Assembly (NCBI GenBank): GCA_040773465.1
Contig: JAXGWF010000013.1
Span: 11,408 to 75,407 of the forward strand
Origin: Geobacteraceae bacterium
Lineage (GTDB): Bacteria > Desulfobacterota > Desulfuromonadia > Geobacterales > Geobacteraceae
Direction of reading: 5' to 3'
Length of the DNA stretch: 64,000 nt
Shown: piece by piece, positions 20,872 through 31,972 of the stretch
Position numbering within the stretch: position 1 is the first letter of the stretch
How the letters are laid out: each line of letters begins with the position of its first letter
Program-made: the position numbers and the translations under genes
Notes under the pieces: model-generated
Databases searched by the model: none
The model's input: the letters and a program-made list of their open reading frames with translations, nothing else
What the model was told of the DNA's origin: nothing

Positions 20872-22074
20872 ATGATAATTATCGAACCCTACCGGGGAAA
20901 ATCCGTCGCGGAAGAACGCGTGGAAATTGTCGAACGGAAAGGAACAGGCCATCCCGACTACATCTGCGACTCCATTATGGAAGCGGTTTCAGTGGCGCTC
21001 TGCAAAGAATATATCCGTGAGTGCGGCACAATTCTTCACCACAATATCGACAAGGGACTCCTGGTTGCCGGCAGGGTTTTCAAGCGTTATGGGGGTGGCA
21101 AGGTGCTGCAACCAATCGAATTGATCATTGGCGACCGCGCCACCTTTGATGTTCCCGGTGGGGCACTGCCGGTACCCGACATCGCCATAGATGCGGCGCA
21201 ACGCTGGATCCGCAAAAACCTCAGGTTCGTCGATCCGGACAAAGACGTCAACTACCGCGTTGTGCTCGCCCCCGGCTCCGAGGAATTGACCGACATTTTC
21301 TCCCGCCCGGGCGAAGTTCGCAGTGCCAATGACACCTCGGCGGCGGTTGGATACTACCCGCTCAGCCCTACCGAACAGGCGGTTCTGGAAATGGAACAAT
21401 ACCTGAATTCCTACAAGTTCAAAAAGGAATTCCCCCAAGCCGGTGAAGACATCAAGGTCATGGGCCTGCGCAAGGGCACGACCCTCGACCTGACCATCGC
21501 CATGCCGCTCATTTCCCGCTTCATCGCCTCGGAACATGACTACTTTTCCCAGAAGGAAGCGATACGCTCGGCAATGAACCGGTTTGTTCAGCGGTTTTCC
21601 TGGTTCCGCAAGGCATCGGTCCATTTCAACACCCTTGACCAGCGGGGAAGAGGACTCGGGGGCATCTATCTCAGTCTGACCGGAACCTCCGCCGAAGATG
21701 CGGACTCAGGCCAGGTGGGACGGGGAAACCGGGTTAATGGTCTTATCTCCATGAACAGGCCCATGGGTACCGAAGCCGCGGCCGGGAAAAACCCGGTCAG
21801 CCACGTAGGGAAGATCTATAACGTCCTGTCCCACAAGATCGCCCGGGAAATCTACGAAAATGTCCGTGGTATCAAGGAAGTTTACGTGCTCCTCCTCAGC
21901 AGGATCGGTTCGCCGATCGATCGACCAAGAATGGCCGCGGCACGGATACTGCCGGAAAAGGGAAAAAAGATAAAAGACATGACTGGTGACGTGGAAGAAA
22001 TCATCAAACGCGAACTGGCGGACATCTCGACCTTCTGCCAGGCGCTGGCATGCGGCGAGTATCCGATCTGCTGA
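20872..22074 (+). CDS. Archaeal-type S-adenosylmethionine synthetase (methionine adenosyltransferase, MJ1208/PF01941-like)
   Basis: 400 aa. VEIVERKGTGHPDYICDSIMEA.. and LTGTSAEDADSGQVGRGNRVNG.. resemble the archaeal MAT family, not bacterial MetK. Confidence 0.8.
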   Translation: MIIIEPYRGKSVAEERVEIVERKGTGHPDYICDSIMEAVSVALCKEYIRECGTILHHNIDKGLLVAGRVFKRYGGGKVLQPIELIIGDRATFDVPGGALPVPDIAIDAAQRWIRKNLRFVDPDKDVNYRVVLAPGSEELTDIFSRPGEVRSANDTSAAVGYYPLSPTEQAVLEMEQYLNSYKFKKEFPQAGEDIKVMGLRKGTTLDLTIAMPLISRFIASEHDYFSQKEAIRSAMNRFVQRFSWFRKASVHFNTLDQRGRGLGGIYLSLTGTSAEDADSGQVGRGNRVNGLISMNRPMGTEAAAGKNPVSHVGKIYNVLSHKIAREIYENVRGIKEVYVLLLSRIGSPIDRPRMAAARILPEKGKKIKDMTGDVEEIIKRELADISTFCQALACGEYPIC

Positions 22075-22477
22075 AAAATAATTACGTAGAGCAATCCAAC
22101 AGTGTCCGGTTAGAGTTTTGCACCTATGAAAGCTCTCCCGGTCTACGACCACCTTTCTAAGATAAAGGAAGAATTCAAAAGTACCCCTCACTTTGATGGG
22201 CCTGCGCTCTGAAGCGCTACCGCGCACAAGTGAGAGAGGGCTTGGGGATAAAAATTTGATTTAATCAATAAAAATGCTGCATCTTTTCAACCAGACTGTG
22301 CTGGTATTTTCCTAGTCATGAATACGTACTACTAAATTCTCTTCACCGTGATTTGCTACATCAAATTCCTAATGTTGACTAGAGTAGCATACTCATAGAG
22401 TATTCCACCGACGTTTCAACTCGACTAATCGTTCATCATTCAACAAATAAAGCTCTGCTTCTCCAATATTATCCACT

Positions 22478-23215
22478 CTACTTCCTCACAGCCTCTGCCG
22501 CTACCCTCGCGGCAAAGCCCGCAAAAAAGGACCTGACGCTGGTCATCTCGGATAAATCCGAATACTCCCCCGTTATTACTCCAGCGCGTGGTGAAAGCAA
22601 CAATGCAGCTGCGGAATAAAGTTGCTCCTTCACTAACCTCTTGCATAGGAGGTTATACCTTTCACTGTAGGATGCCCCTTGGAACTCGGGGAACATGGGA
22701 AAATTCAGGCAATTGTCTTTGATTGGCTGCTGCGACTTCTCACAATCCTCCAGCATGATCATCCAGCCGACGAACGGCAATGGACTCTCGCCGAATGCCC
22801 CTTCCCGATAGGCAACCCAGAGGTCGTGTGCACTGCCAATAGCTTCTTCGGCGCGGTTATTGAAGTTATTGCCAAAAGATGGACCCACCTGGCTCTTGAA
22901 TTCCAGTGCGGCGATCAGCCGTTTTTCGTGAATCACCACAACATCCCATTCCTTGGATGGCCGAAAATAGCCCGGAAGGGTCAAGAGTTTTCGCGACGTT
23001 TGCACTTGGGCGTCCAGAAGTCCGTTCGCCACGACTAATTGTCGGACAATATTTAGAAATCCGTCCATGTTTTTCCCGGAGGTGACTGAGGCGCGTTCAC
23101 CTTGATCGGCTTTTCCGCTTTCCACCTGTTTCCGACGAGCTGCTTCCCGGCTGTGCCAGAAGGCACGTACTGCTTCACGAATGTTAGAATCAAAATCCGG
23201 CATTTCAATTGACAT
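22478..23215 (-). CDS. Type II restriction endonuclease, PaeR7I/XhoI-like
   Basis: PD-(D/E)XK-like core WDVVVIHEKRLIAALEFKSQVGPSFGNNFNNRAEEAIGSAHD, as I recall for the PaeR7I family. ATG 23215 lies 1 nt after the methylase stop (TGAtATG). Confidence 0.6.
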   Translation of the reverse strand: MSIEMPDFDSNIREAVRAFWHSREAARRKQVESGKADQGERASVTSGKNMDGFLNIVRQLVVANGLLDAQVQTSRKLLTLPGYFRPSKEWDVVVIHEKRLIAALEFKSQVGPSFGNNFNNRAEEAIGSAHDLWVAYREGAFGESPLPFVGWMIMLEDCEKSQQPIKDNCLNFPMFPEFQGASYSERYNLLCKRLVKEQLYSAAALLLSPRAGVITGEYSDLSEMTSVRSFFAGFAARVAAEAVRK

Positions 23216-23216
23216 A

Positions 23217-24923
23217 TCAGTTACCATTCCCTCCCAGCGCGGCCCTCTCCTCGGCATTCAATCCATACAGCTCAAAGGTTATGCGATTGCACACTTCGGC
23301 ATCTCCCTTTCTCGCCGCTTCTATCAATTTTTCTCGAAGTTCCCTCGGCACCTCGTTCCATCTAGGCAGCCTGATCCGCCGCAAGTACTGGGCCTGGTAT
23401 CGCAAATACCCGCCACGCATCTGGGTCGAGTAGGCGCCTACGAAAAGGCGCGCTATGCCGGACCGCAAAACCACTTGAAGTGCTCTCAGGTCCCACTCGG
23501 ATGAGATTATGTAGTACAAGTTGTGGTGAGGATAATATTGGCCGGGCTCGAAAACTACATTTGCCTCACCTTTAATGTCAGGGATCAGAAGTTTCTTCTC
23601 CTTGGCCAGCTCCGGGTAAATTCGATCGATCGTCCGATACCATGAATGCGGATTCCGCCTTGCGCAGTTCCTCGCGGCGATTATTTCCCGTCTAGCCTCG
23701 AAATAGCTTTTTAGTCTGGGAAACATATCGAGATCGACAAGTGTTCCGTCATCGTTGAATGGATTTACCACTCCCAGACCATGCCACTTGACAGAACCCG
23801 ACACGATGTCCTTTGTCGTCACCAACGGCAGTTTCCGACACGGTTCCACATCCATCTCGTCAAACTTACCAATGAAAGCCTTGTCCGCTCCGGTTGCCAC
23901 GCCGATACCCACCTTGCAGCCGACCTCCTCAAGCAGCGGAAACGTTACTTCAAGCCTCCTAACGATGTTCAATTGATCCAGCGAGTCGAGAATCCACGGC
24001 TCTCTGCCGTTAACGACATTTGGCACCTCGACAACAGGTACGTCCGCAAAGCTTGTTCCATCAACAAGTGCTGAAGAAAGGGCGTCCAACACCGGAACTT
24101 CGACCTTCGGCCGGTGTGCGATCCTGGTTTTTCCGCTCCGCTCCCGCGAGATTACAAAAATGGCAGGGTAGGCGGTGACATCGCTGAGAAATGCCTGGGT
24201 TTCTACCATATCTACGTAATACTTCAGGTGATATCCACCGGCAATCAGTGCTCTAAGGGGGCCGCCGTATCTGTTCTTCATCCAGCGGTCGGAACAAATG
24301 AATCCGAGGACAGCACCATCCTTTAAAAGCCTCAGACTCCTCTCGATGAAAGGAATATAAAGATCTGCGCGATCGTAGATGGTTTCATAACGAGAGCGAT
24401 ATTCCACCATCAACCAATCCGGGATAAGCTCCTGTCTGACATAGGGAGGGTTGCCGACCACGAAGTCGAACCGTGAGTGAATTTCAGCAAGGAGAAAGTC
24501 GTCGTTCCTGAGCCATGCGCCGAGCAGGCTGCAGATCTGGGACTCGTTGAATCCATGCTCGGAGAGGAGATCAGACAAACGTCTTACCGCTACTTCGGCG
24601 GATTCCGAATCGATCTCGATTGCAGTGATTGCGTTGCGCAGACCATCTTCGGCCGTATCCTGTCTATTGATGCGAAGGTAGGAGATCAGGAGTCTTTCGA
24701 CGGCCTGGATAAGGAAGTCACCATTGCCGAAGGAAGGTTCAAGAAGTGTGAATTTATGAAGTGGTTTGTCGGGTGTATACCCAGTCAGGTCGAGAATGAA
24801 ATCCACTGTCTCCCGACGGGTGTAGACTGCTCCGAGTTCTTTGCCGGAAGCAAAAATTTCCTTCGATTGAGTGCAGTGGGGATTCCAAAGGGCAAGCTGT
24901 TCAAATACGCTATTTTTATGCAT
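23217..24923 (-). CDS. N6-adenine DNA methyltransferase (gamma class, Eco57I/TaqI-like) of a type II R-M system
   Basis: Motif [12 protein letters not shown] and motif [10 protein letters not shown], with a long C-terminal target-recognition region. Confidence 0.85.
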   Translation of the reverse strand: MHKNSVFEQLALWNPHCTQSKEIFASGKELGAVYTRRETVDFILDLTGYTPDKPLHKFTLLEPSFGNGDFLIQAVERLLISYLRINRQDTAEDGLRNAITAIEIDSESAEVAVRRLSDLLSEHGFNESQICSLLGAWLRNDDFLLAEIHSRFDFVVGNPPYVRQELIPDWLMVEYRSRYETIYDRADLYIPFIERSLRLLKDGAVLGFICSDRWMKNRYGGPLRALIAGGYHLKYYVDMVETQAFLSDVTAYPAIFVISRERSGKTRIAHRPKVEVPVLDALSSALVDGTSFADVPVVEVPNVVNGREPWILDSLDQLNIVRRLEVTFPLLEEVGCKVGIGVATGADKAFIGKFDEMDVEPCRKLPLVTTKDIVSGSVKWHGLGVVNPFNDDGTLVDLDMFPRLKSYFEARREIIAARNCARRNPHSWYRTIDRIYPELAKEKKLLIPDIKGEANVVFEPGQYYPHHNLYYIISSEWDLRALQVVLRSGIARLFVGAYSTQMRGGYLRYQAQYLRRIRLPRWNEVPRELREKLIEAARKGDAEVCNRITFELYGLNAEERAALGGNGN

Positions 24924-25228
24924 GATTGACCTATCTAGAAGATTTAGCGTATTTTAACCGTCAACAATTTGAATTGCTAGTCCAAAGAGGTATTTTATTG
25001 ATCTTTTTATATTTCTTCCCTTATATAAACAAATTCGCGCTTGAGGGCATTTCGCTTCCGACCATTTCTTTTTTTGAGAAAAGGATACGATATCAAACAG
25101 CAGCCGGGAAGGAGTCGACTTGGACAAATCGTTGAAATAGTAAAGGAAACAGCACGGCAGGTGATAGCAGTCAACGGAAGGCACCTCGCCCGAAACACGA
25201 AGCCGGTCGCGGGAAGGAGAAAAACCCG

Positions 25229-25274
25229 AAAAAAACCCCGGCCTTCCATGGAGGGGGAAGGCGAAAGGCCGGGG
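25229..25274 (-). terminator. Terminator at the end of the dcw cluster (after ftsZ)
   Basis: On the minus strand, GC-rich hairpin ccccggcctt/aaggccgggg followed by a run of seven T. A second hairpin gggcgcc/ggcgccc sits at 25296-25318. Confidence 0.5.
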
Positions 25275-25337
25275 AAATGAAAACCTTTCGGGGGCGGGCG
25301 CCTGACCAGCCGGCGCCCGTTCATGTTACTGTTTGAA

Positions 25338-26489
25338 TCAATCGACCGACTTGCGCAGGAAAGTCGGAATATCATACTGGTCTTCTTCATCCAGGAAGAA
25401 GGCCTTTTGTTTCATGGAAACTTCACGCTGCTGCCGCTCGATCCTCTTGAAGGTGGGAATCTCGCGATTCACCTCGCTGGAGGGGGCAGTCGCAACGCTC
25501 TTCAGTTCGGCCTTGGTCTTTTCCTGATCGAAGCGATCGCCGAACCCGGTGGCGATTGCCGTTATCTTGACCGTTTCGCCAATACTTTCATCGATAACCA
25601 GACCAACGATGATATTGGCTTCTTCATGGACCTTTTCATGAATAACCTTGCTGGCGGAATCGAACTCGTCCATGGTCATGGAAGAGGATCCGGTAATATT
25701 GACCAGTACCCCTTTGGCGCCGGAAATGTCGATATCTTCCAGCAACGGGCTGGAAATGGCCTTGGTGGCCGCTTCCACGGCCCGGTTTTCACCGGTGGCA
25801 ACTCCGATGCCCATCATGGCCATGCCGCGTTCGCTCATGATGGCCTTGACGTCGGCAAAGTCCACGTTGATGAGACCCGAGGTGGTGATGAGGTCGGAGA
25901 TACCCTGCACCGCTTGACGCAGCACATCATCGGACGGCTTGAAGGCATCGAGGATCGACATTGACTTGCCGGCCAGGCCGAGCAGGCGGTCATTCGGAAT
26001 GATGACGAGGGAATCAACATGCTTTTTCAATTCGCGCACGCCGCTTTCGGCCTTGGCCAGGCGGAGTTTGCCTTCACGGGTAAAAGGCTTGGTCACGACG
26101 CCGACCGTCAAGGCGCCGATTTCCTTTGCCACATCGGCGATAACCGGGGCCGCGCCCGTTCCGGTACCGCCACCCAGGCCGGCGGCAATGAATATCATGT
26201 CGGCGCCCTTGAGGACCTCGGCAAGCTGTTCACGGTTTTCATCGGCGGCATCCTTGCCGATGTTGGGATCGGCCCCGGCTCCGAGCCCCTTGGTAAGCTC
26301 CGCGCCGATCTGGATCTTTACCGGCGCCTTGGACATGCGCAACGCCTGGGCATCGGTATTGGCAACAATGAAATCGATGCCGTGCAGCTCGCAGTCGATC
26401 ATGGTATTGACGGCATTTCCTCCGCCCCCGCCGATGCCTATCACTTTGATCTTCGCACTCTGGTCGATACTCTCGTCAAATTCAAACAT
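25338..26489 (-). CDS. ftsZ: Cell division protein FtsZ
   Basis: [13 protein letters not shown] tubulin signature; 383 aa. Confidence 0.98.
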   Translation of the reverse strand: MFEFDESIDQSAKIKVIGIGGGGGNAVNTMIDCELHGIDFIVANTDAQALRMSKAPVKIQIGAELTKGLGAGADPNIGKDAADENREQLAEVLKGADMIFIAAGLGGGTGTGAAPVIADVAKEIGALTVGVVTKPFTREGKLRLAKAESGVRELKKHVDSLVIIPNDRLLGLAGKSMSILDAFKPSDDVLRQAVQGISDLITTSGLINVDFADVKAIMSERGMAMMGIGVATGENRAVEAATKAISSPLLEDIDISGAKGVLVNITGSSSMTMDEFDSASKVIHEKVHEEANIIVGLVIDESIGETVKITAIATGFGDRFDQEKTKAELKSVATAPSSEVNREIPTFKRIERQQREVSMKQKAFFLDEEDQYDIPTFLRKSVD

Positions 26490-26542
26490 TCGTTACCCCC
26501 TTTTTGATGGAAACCATACGGAAACGTCATGTAAAAATATAA

Positions 26543-27778
26543 TCAGAAAAATTCCCCGAACCACTCCTTCATCCTGCGTGCAATCCTGCGGAAAGCACTG
26601 TCGTCATTCTGAACCGTGGGAAATTCGCGGATTCCCTGGTTCTTGCTGCCGTACACCACCAGGCCGACCCCGGTAGCGTAAACCGGTGAATTCACCACGT
26701 CCACGAGGCCGCCGATATTGTCCGGCACACCGCGCCGTACCGGGAGATTGAAGATCTGCTCCGCCAGTTCCGGCATTCCCTCCAGTATGGAGGTCCCCCC
26801 GGTCAGGACAACACCGGAGGCGATCTGATCATCAAAGCCCGACTTGACTATCTCACGGTTGACCAGCGTGAAGATTTCTTCCATGCGCGGTTCCAGTATC
26901 TCGGACAGAAGCTGTCGCGAAAGAATGCGCGGCTTGCGCCCTCCCACGCTGGGGACTTCGATGGTTTCGTCCTTCCCGACCATGGACGTGTAGCAGCACC
27001 CGTACTTCTGCTTGATTTTCTCCGCCTCCGCCATGGGAGTCCTGAGCCCCACGGCAATATCATTGGTCAGATGGTTGCCGCCGAGGGAAAGTACCGAGGT
27101 ATGCTTGATGGCGCCGTCCACGAAGATGGCAATGTCGGTCGTGCCGCCGCCGATATCGACCAGGGCCACGCCGATCTCTTTCTCCTCGGCGGAGATCACC
27201 GATTCGGACGAGGCGAGCTGCTCGAGGACTATGTCCGCCACGTCAAGGCCGGCACGGTTGCAGGACTTGATGATATTCTGGGCGCTTGCCACGGCGCCGG
27301 TAACGATGTGCACTCGTGCCTCGAGGCGAACGCCGCTCATGCCGAGGGGCTCACGGATGCCGTCCTGGTCGTCGATGATGAACTCCTGCGGCAAAATGTG
27401 TATAACTTCCCGGTCCATGGGAATGGCAACGGCCTTGGCGGCATCGATGACCCGGCGCACATCGTCGGAGGAAACCTCCCGGTTCTTGATGGCGATCACG
27501 CCCTGGGAGTTGAAACCTTTGATGTGGCCGCCGGCAATACCGGCATACACGGACTTGATCTCGCAGCCGGCCATCAGTTCGGCCTCTTCAATGGCCTTCT
27601 TGATGGATGCCACCGTTGTTTCTATGTTAATGACCACCCCTTTGCGGAGACCTCGGGACGGACTGGTACCGATACCGACGATATCGACGCCATCTTCGGT
27701 CACATTGCCGACGATGGCGCAGATTTTCGTGGTGCCGATATCGAGTCCCACGATCAGGTTTTCTCTTCTGTTTGCCAT
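26543..27778 (-). CDS. ftsA: Cell division protein FtsA
   Basis: Actin-fold motifs (VGLDIGTTKICA, DIGGGTTDIA) and position between ftsQ and ftsZ. Confidence 0.97.
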   Translation of the reverse strand: MANRRENLIVGLDIGTTKICAIVGNVTEDGVDIVGIGTSPSRGLRKGVVINIETTVASIKKAIEEAELMAGCEIKSVYAGIAGGHIKGFNSQGVIAIKNREVSSDDVRRVIDAAKAVAIPMDREVIHILPQEFIIDDQDGIREPLGMSGVRLEARVHIVTGAVASAQNIIKSCNRAGLDVADIVLEQLASSESVISAEEKEIGVALVDIGGGTTDIAIFVDGAIKHTSVLSLGGNHLTNDIAVGLRTPMAEAEKIKQKYGCCYTSMVGKDETIEVPSVGGRKPRILSRQLLSEILEPRMEEIFTLVNREIVKSGFDDQIASGVVLTGGTSILEGMPELAEQIFNLPVRRGVPDNIGGLVDVVNSPVYATGVGLVVYGSKNQGIREFPTVQNDDSAFRRIARRMKEWFGEFF

Positions 27779-27794
27779 GGCCCCCTCCTCTTTG

Positions 27795-28625
27795 CTACGC
27801 CTTTTTTACAATAATTTTATCGGAATAATTGAGATCGATATATTCAAGTGACACTATCTGCGCAACCAGATTGCTGTAGATCCGATTGAAGCGCGCCAGT
27901 TTGTCCTCGAAATCGCCGTTGCCGAGTTTTACCGGAATACCGCCCTTTGCGGTAAAGAGCGTGTAACCGTAGCCCTTGTCCAAGTGGATCTCTGATATGT
28001 CCTCAAGCCGGAATCCCGTGCTTTTTTTCAAAAGATCCATGATCCCGAGGGCGGAGCTTAACATGTTCTTCGACCCGTCAGCATCCTTGATCAGGTCCTC
28101 TTCGGTAATACCGGTGAGAATGGGATAATCGAGCCGGTCCCCCTCGGTCAGGGGTTTGAAGATAGTGCCCTTGGCATCGAGGTAATAAAGGTATCCCATG
28201 TTCACTACGGCTACCGGTACCCGTTCGCTAATCTCGATGGACAGAGTCCGCGGAAAGCGCCGCCGGATCTTCAACTGTTCCACCCACGGGTTCTTTTCCA
28301 ACTGTTCCGCCACATGCCGTGGGTCCAGTTTCAACAGGGAGTCGCCGAGCCGTACACCGGCAAGGCCTATGATCTCATCGCGCGAGAGTTTCCGCAAACG
28401 GGAGACTTCGATCCGCTCCAGTTTGAAAAACGTCGCCTTGGCGATAATCTCGTACGTCTCCGCGCAAACTGTCCAGACCAGGGTTACCAGGATGAACGCG
28501 GTGCAGACCCGGGCCGCGCGCCTCAGCATGCGACGGAACTGTATCGGCTTACGGGGCTTGCGCTCCCGCTTATGGCGATTGCGGTTCCGCTGGGGAATCT
28601 TCTTTTTGTGATACAAGTCACGCAT
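27795..28625 (-). CDS. ftsQ: Cell division protein FtsQ
   Basis: Basic N-terminus, a single TM, and a POTRA-like region. Conserved dcw position. Confidence 0.85.
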   Translation of the reverse strand: MRDLYHKKKIPQRNRNRHKRERKPRKPIQFRRMLRRAARVCTAFILVTLVWTVCAETYEIIAKATFFKLERIEVSRLRKLSRDEIIGLAGVRLGDSLLKLDPRHVAEQLEKNPWVEQLKIRRRFPRTLSIEISERVPVAVVNMGYLYYLDAKGTIFKPLTEGDRLDYPILTGITEEDLIKDADGSKNMLSSALGIMDLLKKSTGFRLEDISEIHLDKGYGYTLFTAKGGIPVKLGNGDFEDKLARFNRIYSNLVAQIVSLEYIDLNYSDKIIVKKA

Positions 28626-28655
28626 GATCCACCGACGCCGGGTGCGAACCCTGAT

Positions 28656-29630
28656 CTAGATGCTGATTTTCAAAGAAGCTGAAAGGAGAATTCTCTCCAG
28701 CAGCTCACCGAACGAAATGCCGACCCCACCGGCGATTTCCGGAAACAGGCTGAGCGCGGTCATCCCCGGCAGGGTGTTGACCTCCAGAATGTAACATTCT
28801 TCCCGAGGGGTAACAAGGAGGTCGACGCGGCTGTAATCGCTGCAGCCAAGCGCCCGATGGGCCTGAGCCCCGATCTCCAGTGCCTTGCGGTACAGATCCT
28901 TGGCCAGGGGGGCGGGGAAAATATGTTCCGCCATGCCCGGCGTATATTTCGCCTCGAAATCGTAGAACTCGTTGCGGGGCACGATCTCGATGGCGCCGAT
29001 CGCCCTGTCTCCAAGGATTCCCACCTGGATCTCGCGCGCGGCAATGAATTGCTCTACGAGAATTTCCCGATCATGGCGAAAGGCGAGTTCCACGGCGGCA
29101 GGCAGCCCTTCGGTCGTTTTGACGATACTCACGCCGACCGACGAACCCTCCTGGGACGGCTTGACCACCACCGGAAACGGAAATTCGAGGGTTGACGGGT
29201 CAAGCTCCTCGCCTCTGGCCAGAACGCGGTAGGGAGCTATCATGAGCCCGGCGGCCTGAAATGCCGCTTTGGCGAAAATCTTATTCATGGCCAGGGCACT
29301 GGCAAGAACGCCGGAACCGGTATAAGGAATCCCCATCATCTCCAGCAGCCCCTGGACCGCACCGTCTTCGCCATACCTCCCATGGAGCGCCACAAAGGCA
29401 ATTTCGACTCCGGCATCGGCAAGGTTCCGGGCCAGGTTCCTGTCCACATCGATTGCCACGGCATCGTAACCAAGGGAAAGGAGCATATCGCACACCGCGG
29501 CACCGCTCTTGAGGGAAACCTCCCGTTCAGCGGAAAGCCCGCCGTACAGAACCCCGATCTTCTTCGTTTTCAACTCTTCCCGGCTTATCATGGTGCGTTC
29601 ATCCATTCCCTTCACCGCCTTGTTTGTCAA
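28656..29630 (-). CDS. ddl: D-alanine--D-alanine ligase
   Basis: [21 protein letters not shown].. and an ATP-grasp C-terminal half. The start is uncertain: TTG 29630 overlapping the murB stop, or ATG 29606 or 29591. Confidence 0.93.
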   Translation of the reverse strand: MTNKAVKGMDERTMISREELKTKKIGVLYGGLSAEREVSLKSGAAVCDMLLSLGYDAVAIDVDRNLARNLADAGVEIAFVALHGRYGEDGAVQGLLEMMGIPYTGSGVLASALAMNKIFAKAAFQAAGLMIAPYRVLARGEELDPSTLEFPFPVVVKPSQEGSSVGVSIVKTTEGLPAAVELAFRHDREILVEQFIAAREIQVGILGDRAIGAIEIVPRNEFYDFEAKYTPGMAEHIFPAPLAKDLYRKALEIGAQAHRALGCSDYSRVDLLVTPREECYILEVNTLPGMTALSLFPEIAGGVGISFGELLERILLSASLKISI

Positions 29631-30529
29631 TCAGCGCCGACAATCCTGACTTCTTCCTCCAGTTCGACTCCGAACCGTTCACGGACCGTTTCCTTGACCA
29701 GGGCCGCGAGTGCCAGAAAATCGCCTGCCGTGGCCCCCTTCCGTTTCACCAGGAAGTTGGCATGGATGGCGGAAACTTCCGCGCCGCCGACCCTGATCCC
29801 CCGCATTCCGGCGTTATCGATGAACCGCCAGGCCGGCCCCTCGGCGGGGTTTTTGAAAAACGAGCCGGCATTGGGGTAGCACACTTGCTGGGTGGCACGC
29901 CGCGTTTCGAGCAGAGCCGCCATCCGCTCGTCGATCACATCGCGGTCATCCGGCAAGAGGCGGAAGGAAGCGCCGATGATAACCTCTCCGGGAGCGAGCC
30001 CGAGGTGGCGATAGCCGAACGTCAGCCGCTCTTTTGCCGTTTTCGCGACCACCCCGCCTTTCAGGGTGTCCAAGGTAACCAGCGCATCCGTTATCGCGCC
30101 GCCGACGGCGCCTGCGTTCATCGCCAGTGCGCCCCCCAGTCTCCCCGGTATTCCCACGAGGAATTCCAGTCCTGCCAGTCCCTGGTCCCGGCAAAAACGG
30201 ACCAGCGCGGCATTTTCGACACCGGCGCCGGCATGAACCAGGCTCCCATCCTCGCAGTGCAGGTGATTGAACCGTTCCAGGGAGATCACGCAGCCCCGGA
30301 TGCCGCCATCCCGCACCAGGAGGTTGCAGCCGCCGCCGACAACCAGGTACGGAATTTCATGTTCCCGCAGAATCGCCAGCAGGTTCCGCAGATCTTCCGC
30401 ATCCGCGGGAACGACAAACAAGTCGGCGGGTCCGCCGACCCGCAGCGAGGTGTGCGGGCTCATCGGTTCGTCACGAAGCACCGTGCCGCGAACCAGCCGC
30501 GCGATTCGGTCCGCTAACCCCTCTGTCAC
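29627..30529 (-). CDS. murB: UDP-N-acetylenolpyruvoylglucosamine reductase
   Basis: FAD-binding MurB pattern ([19 protein letters not shown]) and dcw position. Confidence 0.93.
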   Translation of the reverse strand: MTEGLADRIARLVRGTVLRDEPMSPHTSLRVGGPADLFVVPADAEDLRNLLAILREHEIPYLVVGGGCNLLVRDGGIRGCVISLERFNHLHCEDGSLVHAGAGVENAALVRFCRDQGLAGLEFLVGIPGRLGGALAMNAGAVGGAITDALVTLDTLKGGVVAKTAKERLTFGYRHLGLAPGEVIIGASFRLLPDDRDVIDERMAALLETRRATQQVCYPNAGSFFKNPAEGPAWRFIDNAGMRGIRVGGAEVSAIHANFLVKRKGATAGDFLALAALVKETVRERFGVELEEEVRIVGAD

Positions 30530-31902
30530 AACTCTTTTCCCAGCTTCCGGAGCAATAGCTCGCCGGTCTGCCAGACATTGCCCGCCCCAAGGGTCAGAAA
30601 GATGTCGCCCGGCTGCAAGACCTCCAGCAGGTGGTCAACCACCTCGTCGCGGTCGGCGATATGTATCACGTCCTTCTGCCCATGCTGCTTGATACTGCGT
30701 GCCAGCGCCTCGGCGGTGATCCCTTCAATGGGCTCCTCGCCGGCCGGATAGATATCGGTAAGCACCAGTACTTCCGCATCATGAAACGCCTTGACGAAAT
30801 CATCATACAGTTCCTTGGTGCGGGTATAGCGATGGGGCTGGAAGAGGACCACGAGCCGCCGGTCCCAGCCGCTCTTACCCGCCGCCAGGGTAGCGCGGAT
30901 CTCCGCCGGATGGTGACCGTAGTCGTCCACTACCATGATGTCGCATACCTCGCCTTTCACCTGGAAACGCCGTCCGACGCCGCCGAAATCCCGAAATCCC
31001 TCCTGAATCACCCCGAAGGACACGCCCAGCTCCAGCGCCACGCCGATTGCGGCCAAGGCATTGAGAACATTGTGGGCACCGGGCATGTTGAAGCTGATCT
31101 CGCCGAGTCGTTCGCCACGATACTGGGTGGTGAAGGTCGTGGTAAAACCTTCCAGCTTGACGTCACAGGCACGAATATCCGCCTGGGCACTGAGGCCGTA
31201 AGTTATAAAGCGCTTGTTGACGCGGGGAATGATGTCAGCCACATTGTCATTGTCGAGACAGAGGACGGCCAACCCATAAAAGGGCACCTTGTTGATGAAC
31301 TCGACAAAGGTATCCTTGATTTCATCGATGCCGCTGTAGAAGTCGAGGTGATCGGCATCGATATTGGTAACCACGGCAATGGTCGGCGACAGCTTGAGGA
31401 ACGAGCCGTCCGATTCGTCCGCCTCCGCCACGAGGAATTTCCCCTGACCCAGCCGCGCGTTGCTGCCCAGCGAATTGAGGCGACCGCCGATAACGATGGT
31501 CGGATCAATCCCGGCATGGCCCAGCAGGGTGGCAACCATCGAGGTGGTGGTCGTTTTGCCGTGGGTGCCGGCAATGGCAATGCCGTATTTCATTCGCATC
31601 AGCTCGGCCAGCATTTCGGCCCGGGGAATCACCGGCACCAGGTTCTCCCGCGCCTCCTGGACTTCGGGGTTGTCGTCCTTCACCGCGCTGGAAATTACCA
31701 CAACGTCGGCACCGGCAACGTTCTCACGCGAATGGCCGTAAAAAATCTCCCCGCCGAGCCCGGCCAGCCGCTCGGTAATGTCCGACTTGCGCAGATCCGA
31801 GCCGGATACCTTGTACCCCAGGTTGAGGAGCACTTCGGCAATCCCGCTCATGCCGATCCCGCCAATGCCGACGAAATGTATCTTGTCAATTTTCCCGTAC
31901 AT
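30526..31902 (-). CDS. murC: UDP-N-acetylmuramate--L-alanine ligase
   Basis: [18 protein letters not shown].. and [12 protein letters not shown], Mur ligase motifs. Confidence 0.95.
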   Translation of the reverse strand: MYGKIDKIHFVGIGGIGMSGIAEVLLNLGYKVSGSDLRKSDITERLAGLGGEIFYGHSRENVAGADVVVISSAVKDDNPEVQEARENLVPVIPRAEMLAELMRMKYGIAIAGTHGKTTTTSMVATLLGHAGIDPTIVIGGRLNSLGSNARLGQGKFLVAEADESDGSFLKLSPTIAVVTNIDADHLDFYSGIDEIKDTFVEFINKVPFYGLAVLCLDNDNVADIIPRVNKRFITYGLSAQADIRACDVKLEGFTTTFTTQYRGERLGEISFNMPGAHNVLNALAAIGVALELGVSFGVIQEGFRDFGGVGRRFQVKGEVCDIMVVDDYGHHPAEIRATLAAGKSGWDRRLVVLFQPHRYTRTKELYDDFVKAFHDAEVLVLTDIYPAGEEPIEGITAEALARSIKQHGQKDVIHIADRDEVVDHLLEVLQPGDIFLTLGAGNVWQTGELLLRKLGKEL

Positions 31903-31972
31903 GAATTCCTTCTTGTTCCCGTGGAGCGTTCCCGTAACCGCTCATTCACGGGCAGGCACAGGGGCCTGCTCC

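Noticed and set aside
22126-22212. A 28-codon ORF (MKALPVYDHLSKIKEEFKSTPHFDGPAL) in the left flank of the R-M islet, considered as a gene or pseudogene.
   Set aside because: It is too short, and I recognise no motif or RBS. It is mentioned only as a possible remnant in the R-M finding.
24926-25390. Small ORFs (69-127 aa) in the AT-rich region between the methyltransferase and ftsZ, considered as possible controller or toxin genes.
   Set aside because: They have TTG or weak starts, no RBS and low-complexity or implausible sequences. They overlap the ftsZ terminator hairpins, and no helix-turn-helix C-protein-like sequence is present.
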